64,000 bases of DNA from an uncultured cyanobacterium (GTDB lineage Bacteria > Cyanobacteriota > Cyanobacteriia > Cyanobacteriales > Cyanobacteriaceae): positions 256,001 to 320,000 of the forward strand of contig CAVVOP010000022.1 in the NCBI GenBank assembly GCA_963749915.1, given 5' to 3'. A program made the position numbers and the translations under genes. The notes under the pieces were generated by a model that had not been told where the DNA came from, made no database searches, and saw only the letters and a program-made list of their open reading frames with translations. Shown here piece after piece: positions 1 through 10,220 of this stretch (its first letter is position 1; each line of letters opens with the position of its first letter).

Positions 1-366
1 ATTTTCTTCCACAATGGCTTTTCTTTCCGCTTCGGGAAAATGACGCATCACACGGTTAACCCCTAGAGCGATATTTTGTCGAACCGTCAACCAAGGTAAT
101 AAAGAATAGTTTTGAAAGACTACCATGCGATCGGGACCCGGTTCGGTAACTTCTTTCCCCTCAAGGATAATACCACCGTGAGTTGCATTAGATAAACCGG
201 CAACCATGTTTAAAAGAGTAGATTTACCGCAACCAGAATGACCAATTAAAGAGATAAATTGTCCCTTGTCGATCTTCAAATTAATATTGCGTAAAGCTAT
301 ATATTCTCCCCCATTAGCAAGGGGAAAAATCTTATCAACGTGATCAATTTCAATAAAACTAGGCAT
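1..366 (-). CDS. nrtC: Nitrate ABC transporter ATP-binding subunit (5' part, runs off window)
   Basis: Manual translation MPSFIEIDHVDKIFPLANGGEYIAL...GHSGCGKST (Walker A)...PGPDRMVVFQNYSLLPW; follows nrtB. Confidence 0.9.
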   Translation of the reverse strand, partial: MPSFIEIDHVDKIFPLANGGEYIALRNINLKIDKGQFISLIGHSGCGKSTLLNMVAGLSNATHGGIILEGKEVTEPGPDRMVVFQNYSLLPWLTVRQNIALGVNRVMRHFPEAERKAIVEEN

Positions 367-401
367 GATTTCAATAGTAAATAATTAATAGTTAATGATT
401 A

Positions 402-598
402 AGGTGAGACTTGCAAGTGGGGGAAGAGGGGGAAGATGGGGAAGATTCCTCAACCAAAGAATAGGCTTTTCACTCCCTTGTCTACTTTCCTTCCTCTCTT
501 GGTCAGCATTCCCTTGCGACTGTCGTCGTCGCGGGGTCTGACCGCTTGTCCTCCTTGTCTTGCCAACACCTAATTATAAAAAACCTACCCTTGTAAGA
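402..598. repeat. Dispersed fold-back intergenic repeat, copy 1
   Basis: Shares GGTGA(A)GACTTGC, CTTGTCTAC and AAAACCTACCCTTGT-AGA blocks with 43483-43677. Confidence 0.7.
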
Positions 599-622
599 GA
601 AGGGGCAGAGGACAGGAGCTTA

Positions 623-1462
623 TTACTTCTGCTCACCGGGAACAACTAAATCAGCAATAAAAGTCATTAATCTATCTAATAACAATCCCACGACACCAAC
701 GTAAACCAAGGCAATAATAATTTCACTCATCAAAGAACTATTATAGGCATCCCAAATAAAGAAGCCAATTCCCACTCCACCAATGAGCATTTCTGCGGCA
801 ACAATAGCTAACCAAGATAGGCCAATGCCAATTCTTAACCCCGTAAAAATATATGGAACAGCTGAGGGAAACAAGATGTTAAAAAAGTATTCTACCTTTG
901 ATAGTTTTAAAACCTTAGAAACATTATTGTAGTCCTGGGGAATTTTTTGTACCCCAACTGTTGTATTGATAACAATAGGCCAAATGGCAGTAATAAAAAT
1001 AACAAAAATAGCAGAGGGTTCAGCCTCTTGAAATGCAGCTAAGGCGATTGGTAACCATGCTAGAGGAGGAATAGTACGCAGTACCTGAAAAATGGGGTCT
1101 AGTGCATCATAAATTAAGCTATTTGTACCAATTAAAATACCTAAACTTACACCAACAATAGCGGCTAAAGAAAAGCCAATGGCCACCCTTGTGAGACTGG
1201 CAAAAACTTGGAGTCCCAACCCTTTGTCTGTGCCACCATTATCAAAAAAGGGATTAATGATGAGAGGATAAGTATCTTGAAAAACCTTTACAGGACCAGG
1301 AAGATTGGAGTTTTCTCCTCCACAAATAATTTGCCAAATTACTAAAAGCACAATCAATGCCACTACAGGGCGAATAACTTTTTTAGAATAAAGAAAACTA
1401 AGAGGATTTTTCTGAGGGCGAAATCGTAAATTGGTAGAATTAGCCATAGGAATATATGTCAA
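623..1462 (-). CDS. nrtB: Nitrate ABC transporter permease
   Basis: Hydrophobic; DPIFQVLRTIPPLAWLP and GLRIGIGLSWLAIVAAEM motifs; lies between nrtA and nrtC. Confidence 0.92.
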   Translation of the reverse strand: MTYIPMANSTNLRFRPQKNPLSFLYSKKVIRPVVALIVLLVIWQIICGGENSNLPGPVKVFQDTYPLIINPFFDNGGTDKGLGLQVFASLTRVAIGFSLAAIVGVSLGILIGTNSLIYDALDPIFQVLRTIPPLAWLPIALAAFQEAEPSAIFVIFITAIWPIVINTTVGVQKIPQDYNNVSKVLKLSKVEYFFNILFPSAVPYIFTGLRIGIGLSWLAIVAAEMLIGGVGIGFFIWDAYNSSLMSEIIIALVYVGVVGLLLDRLMTFIADLVVPGEQK

Positions 1463-1543
1463 GTATTTAGCTGTTTGAGAAAATAGAGTTGATAAGTTAC
1501 CCTATCTTTTATTAAAAGAATTGAGAGTAACACCGTTAATTGA

Positions 1544-2854
1544 TTAACTTTGAATTGTTTTGATTTTGAGACTATCTAAATAGGCTTGGGGATTTTCGGG
1601 ATCAAAAGTTATACCATCAAAAAAAGTTTCAATTCCACGGGAAGTGCTAGTGGGAATTTGATCTGCTGGCACACCTAGTGCTTTGGCTGCTTCTTTCCAT
1701 AAATCTTCTCGGTTAACTTGATCCACAATTTTTGTGGTATCAGTATCTGCCGGCAGGTAACCCCAACGGATATTTTCAGTTAAGAACCATTGATCATGAC
1801 TCTTATAAGGATAGGAAGCATTATCTGTCCAATACTTCTGCATTAAATCGGGATCATCAAAGGTTTGACCATCTCCAAAGTTATAAATTCCTTTGGATCG
1901 ATCGATAATATCCTCATAAGGCACTTTAAACCATTCCCGTTTAGAAACAATTTGACACATTTCTTCTTTATTTTCTGGTTTATCACACCATTGTTGTGCC
2001 TCTAACACAGCCATTAATAAGGCTTTAGCGGCCTTGGGATTTTTATCCACCCAATCGGAACGCATGGCAAACGCTTTTTCTGGATGATTTTTCCAAATTT
2101 GTCCCGTGGTTACGGCTTGATAACCAACATTTTGGTTTACTGTTTGCAGAGGCCAAGGTTCTCCAACACAAAAGGATTCCATCGCATTAACTTTAACGTT
2201 TGCAACCATTTGTGCTGGTGGTACAACAATAGTCGAAACATCCTTACCTGGTTCGATGCCACCTGCCGCCAACCAGTAGCGAATCCAGCAATCGTGAGTA
2301 CCTCCGGGGAAAGTCATAGCCACTTTGGGATCGGTTACTTTTGCAAAGGCATCTTTTAAAGGAGCAGTATCTAAACCAATTTTGAGATCTTTATAATTAT
2401 TTCCTAACATAATACCCTGACCGTTGACATTGAGACGTGCCAGAATATACATGGGTACTTTATTCCCATTGGTTACAGTTCCCATGCTAATGAGATAGGG
2501 CATGGGGGTAAGAATATGCGCTCCGTCAATACCACCGCTACCTGAACCCAAAACTAAATTATCACGGGTAGTTCCCCAAGAAGCCTGTTTACTAACTTCC
2601 ACATCGGGCATCCCATATTTTGTGTAAAAGCCTTTCTCTTTTGCGATAATTAGGGGGGCGGCATCGGTGAGGGCAATAAAGCCTAATTTTGCCCCCGTAA
2701 CCTCGGGAGTCTCCCCTGTGGCTGGTGCTGTATTAGTAGGGGTTTCTGTGGTGGCTTGATTATTACTTGCCGTGGTGCAACCATGTAAAATAGCGCTGCC
2801 TACAGCAGTGACCCCGGCGGTGAAGATAAATTTTCGTCTGGATACTTGGGACAT
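1544..2854 (-). CDS. nrtA: Nitrate/nitrite ABC transporter substrate-binding lipoprotein (NrtA/CmpA family)
   Basis: SRRKF twin-Arg signal plus LHGC lipobox; LGFIALTDAAPLIIAKEKG, TFPGGTHD and VGEPW motifs. Confidence 0.9.
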   Translation of the reverse strand: MSQVSRRKFIFTAGVTAVGSAILHGCTTASNNQATTETPTNTAPATGETPEVTGAKLGFIALTDAAPLIIAKEKGFYTKYGMPDVEVSKQASWGTTRDNLVLGSGSGGIDGAHILTPMPYLISMGTVTNGNKVPMYILARLNVNGQGIMLGNNYKDLKIGLDTAPLKDAFAKVTDPKVAMTFPGGTHDCWIRYWLAAGGIEPGKDVSTIVVPPAQMVANVKVNAMESFCVGEPWPLQTVNQNVGYQAVTTGQIWKNHPEKAFAMRSDWVDKNPKAAKALLMAVLEAQQWCDKPENKEEMCQIVSKREWFKVPYEDIIDRSKGIYNFGDGQTFDDPDLMQKYWTDNASYPYKSHDQWFLTENIRWGYLPADTDTTKIVDQVNREDLWKEAAKALGVPADQIPTSTSRGIETFFDGITFDPENPQAYLDSLKIKTIQS

Positions 2855-2934
2855 AGATTAATAAGGTTTCCTAATTTATTTGAACATTTGTTAAGTTTGA
2901 TGCACCTATTTAAAACCCTTAGAAGGGTTCGATT

Positions 2935-2950
2935 TGTACCTTTAGTCACA
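2935..2950 (-). promoter_or_regulatory. Putative NtcA box upstream of nrtA
   Basis: TGTGACTAAAGGTACA on the minus strand = GTG-N8-TAC variant of GTA-N8-TAC, about 80 bp upstream of the nrtA start. Confidence 0.55.
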
Positions 2951-3386
2951 AAATTTGATTAATTTGCAAAAAATACATTTCAAAGATTTATACTGTGCAT
3001 TACCCTTTATGTTCTGGCTCTTCTCCTGTTTTCCTGTCTTTTATCCCACATTCCCCAGGTTAAAAAGAGAAAGCTAAAAAGTATTAAGTATTAAGTATAT
3101 ATAGCAATCCTAGCCCAACCGTCGATGCCCGCGCGATCGTCAAGCAAATCCGCTAAATCCACCCACGAATTGATGAAGATGGTCGTTTTGTTAGACGCTG
3201 TTAAATCAGCAGTCTTTTTAAGGGTGTATGATGTAAAAGTTTAGTTAAAAATTTTGAAAGAACTCTAGCTCATGCTATAGTAAAGCTTAATCTCTGTTTT
3301 GTCAGACTGATGCTGAAAAGATTGGCGAGTGCATAGATACCAAATGGGTTCTATATATAAGTTAAGTTAGAAATAATTCTACACCT

Positions 3387-4145
3387 ATGTCCCAGCAACT
3401 AAAACAAATTACCGAGCATCAGTGCCAAAATGCACCCGCTAAATACGGCGATCTAAAAGCTCTTTTTCTGAACTGCACACTAAATAGAACTCCTGTTTTA
3501 TCTCATACCAGAGGCGTAATTGATATCGCCAAAACCATTTTTGAAGCCAATGGAGTTCAAACCAAAGTGATTAGACCTGTGGATTACGAAATACCAGCAG
3601 GACTGGGACTAGATATGTCTCAAACAGATGAATGGGACAAAGACGATTGGCCGATAATTCAAAAAGAAATTGATGAAACTGATATTTTGGTTTTGTGTAC
3701 TTCAGTGTGGCTAGGAGAAAAGAGTTCCGTTTGTAATCGAGTCTTAGAAAGAATGTATGGTTACACTCATCTTTTAAATGAAAAAGGTCAATATCGAGAT
3801 TATGGAAAAGTCGGTGCCACTCTAATCACTGGGAATGAAGATGGTGTTAAACATTGTGCCATGAATATCTTATTTTCTCTTTCTCATATTGGTTATACAA
3901 TTCCTCCCCAAGCTGATGCAGGATGGCTAGGAGAAGTTGGCCCAGGCCCTTCTTATCTAGATCCTGGTTCTGGTGGTCCGGAAAACGATTTTACCAACAG
4001 AAATACCACTTTCTTAGCTTGGAACTGTATGCACCTGGCCAGAATGTTGAAAGATAATGGCGGAATTCCGGCTCATGGAAACCAACCTGGAGTTTGGGAT
4101 GCAGGTTGTAAAAGTGATTTTAAAAACCCAGAACATCAAGTATAA
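3387..4145 (+). CDS. Flavodoxin-like / NADPH-dependent FMN reductase family protein
   Basis: LFLNCTL...SHT, DILVLCTSVWLGEKSS and GNEDG motifs. Confidence 0.75.
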   Translation: MSQQLKQITEHQCQNAPAKYGDLKALFLNCTLNRTPVLSHTRGVIDIAKTIFEANGVQTKVIRPVDYEIPAGLGLDMSQTDEWDKDDWPIIQKEIDETDILVLCTSVWLGEKSSVCNRVLERMYGYTHLLNEKGQYRDYGKVGATLITGNEDGVKHCAMNILFSLSHIGYTIPPQADAGWLGEVGPGPSYLDPGSGGPENDFTNRNTTFLAWNCMHLARMLKDNGGIPAHGNQPGVWDAGCKSDFKNPEHQV

Positions 4146-4331
4146 ATCCTTTTGAGCTTTAAGGATTTCAAAAATGTCAGCTACAGAAACACAGTGGTTT
4201 CGCGTTCTCGAGCCTGATGAATTAGCCGATGTCAATTTAATTTGACCGGTTTCCTGAATGAGGGTATTAGGGGCTTAAGATCTTAAGCCCCTAAAGCCTT
4301 AGATTATTTCAGTTCAGATTCAGAAAATAAC

Positions 4332-6248
4332 ATGAAGATTCAACAAATGTTAAAATTTGTTTTAACAGTATTATTAATCTGTTTTTTATCATTTAATACT
4401 GGTGCAAGTTTAGCACAAAATACTTGGGTTCAAGACAATGAAAAAGCGATGATTGTTTTGGACGGAAAACTTTTATTTAAAGTAGGTAGTATTGAGAATT
4501 TTACCGCCCAAGAAAGAGCAGAATTAATTAACTCTAATTTGGTCAAAGAAGTCAATAGTTTACAACCATTAAAATTAGAAGTCTTGTTAGAAAATGAGCA
4601 AACAGTTATTCGCAATCTTCCTAACAATCAACATATTTTGAATGTAACTCAATCAGATGTTATTTCGGGAACGACGATCGATGATCAGGCAAAAGTATGG
4701 AACAAGATCTTACAAGATACTTTAATTCAAGGAAGAAAAGCAAGAACATCATCCTATATATTAAATCATTTATTAAAAACTATTTTGGCAGTTATTTTTG
4801 CCATTTGTTTTAATCTTTGTCTCTATTTTTTTGGAAAATTTTGTCTGAAAAATTTTGACTGGCTTCTCAAAAATCCAGCCTCTCCTTTTTATAATTTAGA
4901 AACGCCTTTTTACATTATCTGGAATTTAACGGTTTTTTCTCTGCAAGTAGGTGTTTGGATTTGGGTTTTATATTATGTTAGTGAAGTTTTTCCTTTAGCT
5001 CGTAGTATTCGTTATCAAATTTATCAAACCCTTGAGCAGAATATTTTTAACTTAGGGGAAAGTCAATATTCGGCAATCGATCTGTTATTTCTGTTAATTT
5101 TTACCATTGCTTTATTATTCTTTATCCGTATTTTTACTGTTTTATTTAAAAGAAATATTTTAAGCAAGACAGGAGCAAATAATGCATTACAAAGTATAAT
5201 TACTACTGTATTTCAATATGTTTTGAGTTTTTTATGCATAATTATTCTTTGGCAAATTTGGGGATTTGATGTTAGTTCTTTAGCTATTTTAGTCAGTGTT
5301 TTAGGGGTGGGAATTGGTTTTGGTTTACAAAATATTGCCAATAATTTTATTAGTGGTTTAATTATTACTATTGAGCGTCCAATCCAAATAGGTGATTTTA
5401 TTAAAGTGGGAGATTTGCAGGGAAAAGTACAAAAAATTGGTTCTCGTAGTACAGTAATTAAAACCATGGATAAAGTCTCAATTATTGTTCCTAACTCGCG
5501 ATTTTTAGAAAGTGATGTAATTAATTGGAATTATGATGATCCTGTTTCTCGCTTAAGAATTCCCATTGGTGTTGCCTATGGTTCTAATATTAAAAAAGTG
5601 CGACTAGCCTTGTTAGAAGCAGTCAAAAGTCATCCTGATGTCTTGGTAACTCCTCGCCCTCAAGTTTGGTTTCGCGAGTTTGCCGATAGTTCCTTAAATT
5701 TTGAAGTTGGTGTCTGGATTAGTGAACCCGCTAGACAATTACAACTTAAAAGCGAAATCAATTATCGTATTGCTGCTAGTTTATATCGTCATAATATTGA
5801 AATTCCTTTCCCTCAAAGAGATTTTCATTTGCGATCGCCCAAAGTAGAACAAATGATCGAAGTTTGGCTGAGAAAACAGGGAATATCACCACAAGACGAA
5901 GCAAAGTATAGCCAAGAAGAGATGGAAGTGAGGGAAGAAGATAGAGATAGTTTTTTAATGTATCTGGAAGATAAATTGACGGATCAAGAAATAGATAATT
6001 TAGTAGGTAAAATTAGAAGTGAAAATGGCGTACAAATAAAAAATCGTCGTTACCGTCTCAATACTTATGATAGTTGTTTTATTGGTCAAGAATTAGTGGA
6101 CTGGCTAGCGACAAATTATGATTATAGTAGAGAAGAAGCCACTGAACTAGGACAGATTTTAGTTGAGAAAAAAATTATTCATCATGTTACTGATGAGCAT
6201 CCTTTTAGCGATGAGTATTTTTTCTATCGTTTTTATGTTGATGAATAA
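4332..6248 (+). CDS. MscS mechanosensitive channel with a C-terminal DEP domain
   Basis: GVGIGFGLQNIANNFISGLII.ERPI.IGDFI MscS core; C-terminal IKNRRYRLNTYDSCFIGQELVDWL...IHHVTDEHPFSDEYFFYRF resembles DEP. Confidence 0.88.
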   Translation: MKIQQMLKFVLTVLLICFLSFNTGASLAQNTWVQDNEKAMIVLDGKLLFKVGSIENFTAQERAELINSNLVKEVNSLQPLKLEVLLENEQTVIRNLPNNQHILNVTQSDVISGTTIDDQAKVWNKILQDTLIQGRKARTSSYILNHLLKTILAVIFAICFNLCLYFFGKFCLKNFDWLLKNPASPFYNLETPFYIIWNLTVFSLQVGVWIWVLYYVSEVFPLARSIRYQIYQTLEQNIFNLGESQYSAIDLLFLLIFTIALLFFIRIFTVLFKRNILSKTGANNALQSIITTVFQYVLSFLCIIILWQIWGFDVSSLAILVSVLGVGIGFGLQNIANNFISGLIITIERPIQIGDFIKVGDLQGKVQKIGSRSTVIKTMDKVSIIVPNSRFLESDVINWNYDDPVSRLRIPIGVAYGSNIKKVRLALLEAVKSHPDVLVTPRPQVWFREFADSSLNFEVGVWISEPARQLQLKSEINYRIAASLYRHNIEIPFPQRDFHLRSPKVEQMIEVWLRKQGISPQDEAKYSQEEMEVREEDRDSFLMYLEDKLTDQEIDNLVGKIRSENGVQIKNRRYRLNTYDSCFIGQELVDWLATNYDYSREEATELGQILVEKKIIHHVTDEHPFSDEYFFYRFYVDE

Positions 6249-6501
6249 ATGAGAAGAAACATCAAAGACATTTATATTTTATGTTTTACGCGATCGCCCT
6301 GGGAGAGTAAGTTAGTAAGTTAGTAAGTTTTATCCATCACCCAAGAAGCAAAAAAACTTACACTACCTCCAGTTCCCATGGCACCTATTATGGTTCGCCT
6401 TCGACAATGAAGATTGTTTCCCCTTAAGCGATCAAAATTTTCGTCCTGGATTCCTCTGATAATAAGATTTTCGAGCTTATTTGCTCAATTTTTATACTAC
6501 T

Positions 6502-6541
6502 CACTTATTACTTATTACTTATTACTTATTACTTATTACTT
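6502..6541. repeat. Heptamer tandem repeat (TTACTTA)n, STRR-like
   Basis: About 5 copies immediately after the pgm stop. Confidence 0.8.
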
Positions 6542-6544
6542 TAA

Positions 6545-8188
<1,644 letters not shown>

Positions 8189-8348
8189 TTAAGTTTGTTA
8201 ATTTTTTTTCTGCCCCTAATTTATCAGTAAAGAGTGCAAAAATATTACCTAAGGTGAGCATTGATACAAATTAAGTTTATTTTATGATAGTCAGAGATTT
8301 ATTATTATAATTAGACTATTAATCAATCAATTTAATTATCATTGAATA

Positions 8349-9116
8349 ATGAAAAAAGTATCTTTATTAGTAATATCAAGCCTATTCTTATTAACGGGAT
8401 GTACCTTATTTGGTGGTGGTGAAGACACTTCTACTGTCCCTTCCATTCCTGCCGAGAATCCGACCCCTATCCCTGAGACTCCTGGAAATAATATCAATAA
8501 TAGTATCAGTAGCACTAGCGGATTAATTCCTTCTACGAATCCTCAAAATAGATTGCAGCAGATTAACCAAGGTAGAAATGATCCTTTTGATTCTATTACC
8601 CCTCCCGCAGTTATTAGAGTCAAAAGTGATCGAGTTGTTCCTGAATCTGTAGCTAGTAAGAAAGCTATTCTTAAAGAAGATCCAGTAACAGCCGTCGGGA
8701 ATGCTGATGTCGGTGATAATAAAAATAACGTAGTTTCTAATGGAGTTAGTGGTGGCAACAATTTGTCTCCTTTTCAACCTCCAGCAACACCTTCCCTTAG
8801 GGATGCGGAAAATATTATTGTCTCGGGTATATTGAGTTTAAACGGTGAAAATGTGGCATTGATTCAAACTCCTTGGGATAAGGTTACTCGTTCTGTGCGC
8901 ATTGGCGATATAGTTTCTGATAACACCTCGGGAATTAGTGTCAGAGTGAAGGATATTAATTTCGGTGATCCTACTACCATCGCCTTACAGGAAGATAATC
9001 AAACAGTTTTGCGCAGTATTAATGATAATAATGCTGTTGTTATTTTAGAGCAATCCGGACAAAGAGTTATTCGTCAAATAGGTGATAATGATGATGATAA
9101 TCTAGCCACATTATAG
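8349..9116 (+). CDS. Hypothetical lipoprotein
   Basis: Signal peptide with LLTGC lipobox; Pro-rich linker; GRNDPF motif. Confidence 0.7.
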   Translation: MKKVSLLVISSLFLLTGCTLFGGGEDTSTVPSIPAENPTPIPETPGNNINNSISSTSGLIPSTNPQNRLQQINQGRNDPFDSITPPAVIRVKSDRVVPESVASKKAILKEDPVTAVGNADVGDNKNNVVSNGVSGGNNLSPFQPPATPSLRDAENIIVSGILSLNGENVALIQTPWDKVTRSVRIGDIVSDNTSGISVRVKDINFGDPTTIALQEDNQTVLRSINDNNAVVILEQSGQRVIRQIGDNDDDNLATL

Positions 9117-9164
9117 AAAAATAATTGTGATCAATAATTAATTTATGGGGAGGTTTAGAAAATA

Positions 9165-9452
9165 TTGTCCAATACTATTATCAATCAATCAACACAAACA
9201 ATAAAACTAACTTGCCATCGATTACCTCTGGCAGTGTATCGTGAAATAGTGTCCCATTTAAGACAAATTAATGGTGTTAACGCTGGTTTATTGCCTCAAA
9301 CTGCGACGAAATTTGATTATTTACAAAGTCAAGTGGGGGGTTTATGGTTAGAATATTCCCCCATAGAAGATAGGGAAATAAAGGTTAAAGCCGTATTAGC
9401 TTACTATGAAAATAAATATAGTTCGTGGAAAATAATTAGTAATGAGAAATAA
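9165..9452 (+). CDS. Conserved hypothetical cyanobacterial protein
   Basis: TTG start after GGGAGG; LPLAVYREIVSHLRQ and FDYLQSQVGGLW motifs. Confidence 0.65.
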   Translation: MSNTIINQSTQTIKLTCHRLPLAVYREIVSHLRQINGVNAGLLPQTATKFDYLQSQVGGLWLEYSPIEDREIKVKAVLAYYENKYSSWKIISNEK

Positions 9453-9500
9453 ATAGAATAAAAATTTATAATTATTCTCCTTTAAAATATAGATAACATT

Positions 9501-10220
9501 ATGGAAATTCTCATGAATTCAACCTTAATAGAAAATGAAAAAATTTCCCTGTCTAAAGGTTTAATTTCTTTAGAAAATATCTATAAAATCTATGGTAGCG
9601 GTGAAACAGAAGTTCATGCTTTATCAGGGGTTAATCTTACCATTGACCCGGGGGAATATTGTGCCATTATGGGACAATCAGGATCGGGAAAATCGACTAT
9701 GATGAATATTTTGGGTTGCCTCGACCGCCCTACTTATGGTAAGTATTATCTTAATGGGGAAAATGTTGCTGATTTGTCTAGTCAACAATTAGCTACTATA
9801 CGCAATTTACAAATTGGCTTTGTTTTCCAACAATTTCATCTTTTGCCCCAGTTGACCGCCTTGGAAAATGTCATGCTACCTATGATTTATGCTGGTGTTT
9901 CTGAGAAAGAACAAAAAAAAAGGGCAATTTCTGCCTTAACAAAAGTGGGCTTAAACCATCGTCTTCATTATAAACCTAATCAGCTTTCTGGGGGACAACA
10001 ACAACGGGTTGCCATCGCTCGTGCTATAGTTAATAACCCCTTAATTTTGCTGGCGGATGAACCCACTGGTGCATTGGATTCAGAAACCGCCAGAGAAATA
10101 ATGCATATATTTCGTCAATTAAATGATGAAAAAATGACCATTATTGTAGTAACCCATGAACAGGATATCGCCGCAGAAAGTAAGAGAATAATTCGCTTTG
10201 CCGATGGAAAAATAGCTTAA
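9501..10220 (+). CDS. ABC transporter ATP-binding protein (LolD/MacB-like)
   Basis: [33 protein letters not shown]. Confidence 0.92.
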   Translation: MEILMNSTLIENEKISLSKGLISLENIYKIYGSGETEVHALSGVNLTIDPGEYCAIMGQSGSGKSTMMNILGCLDRPTYGKYYLNGENVADLSSQQLATIRNLQIGFVFQQFHLLPQLTALENVMLPMIYAGVSEKEQKKRAISALTKVGLNHRLHYKPNQLSGGQQQRVAIARAIVNNPLILLADEPTGALDSETAREIMHIFRQLNDEKMTIIVVTHEQDIAAESKRIIRFADGKIA

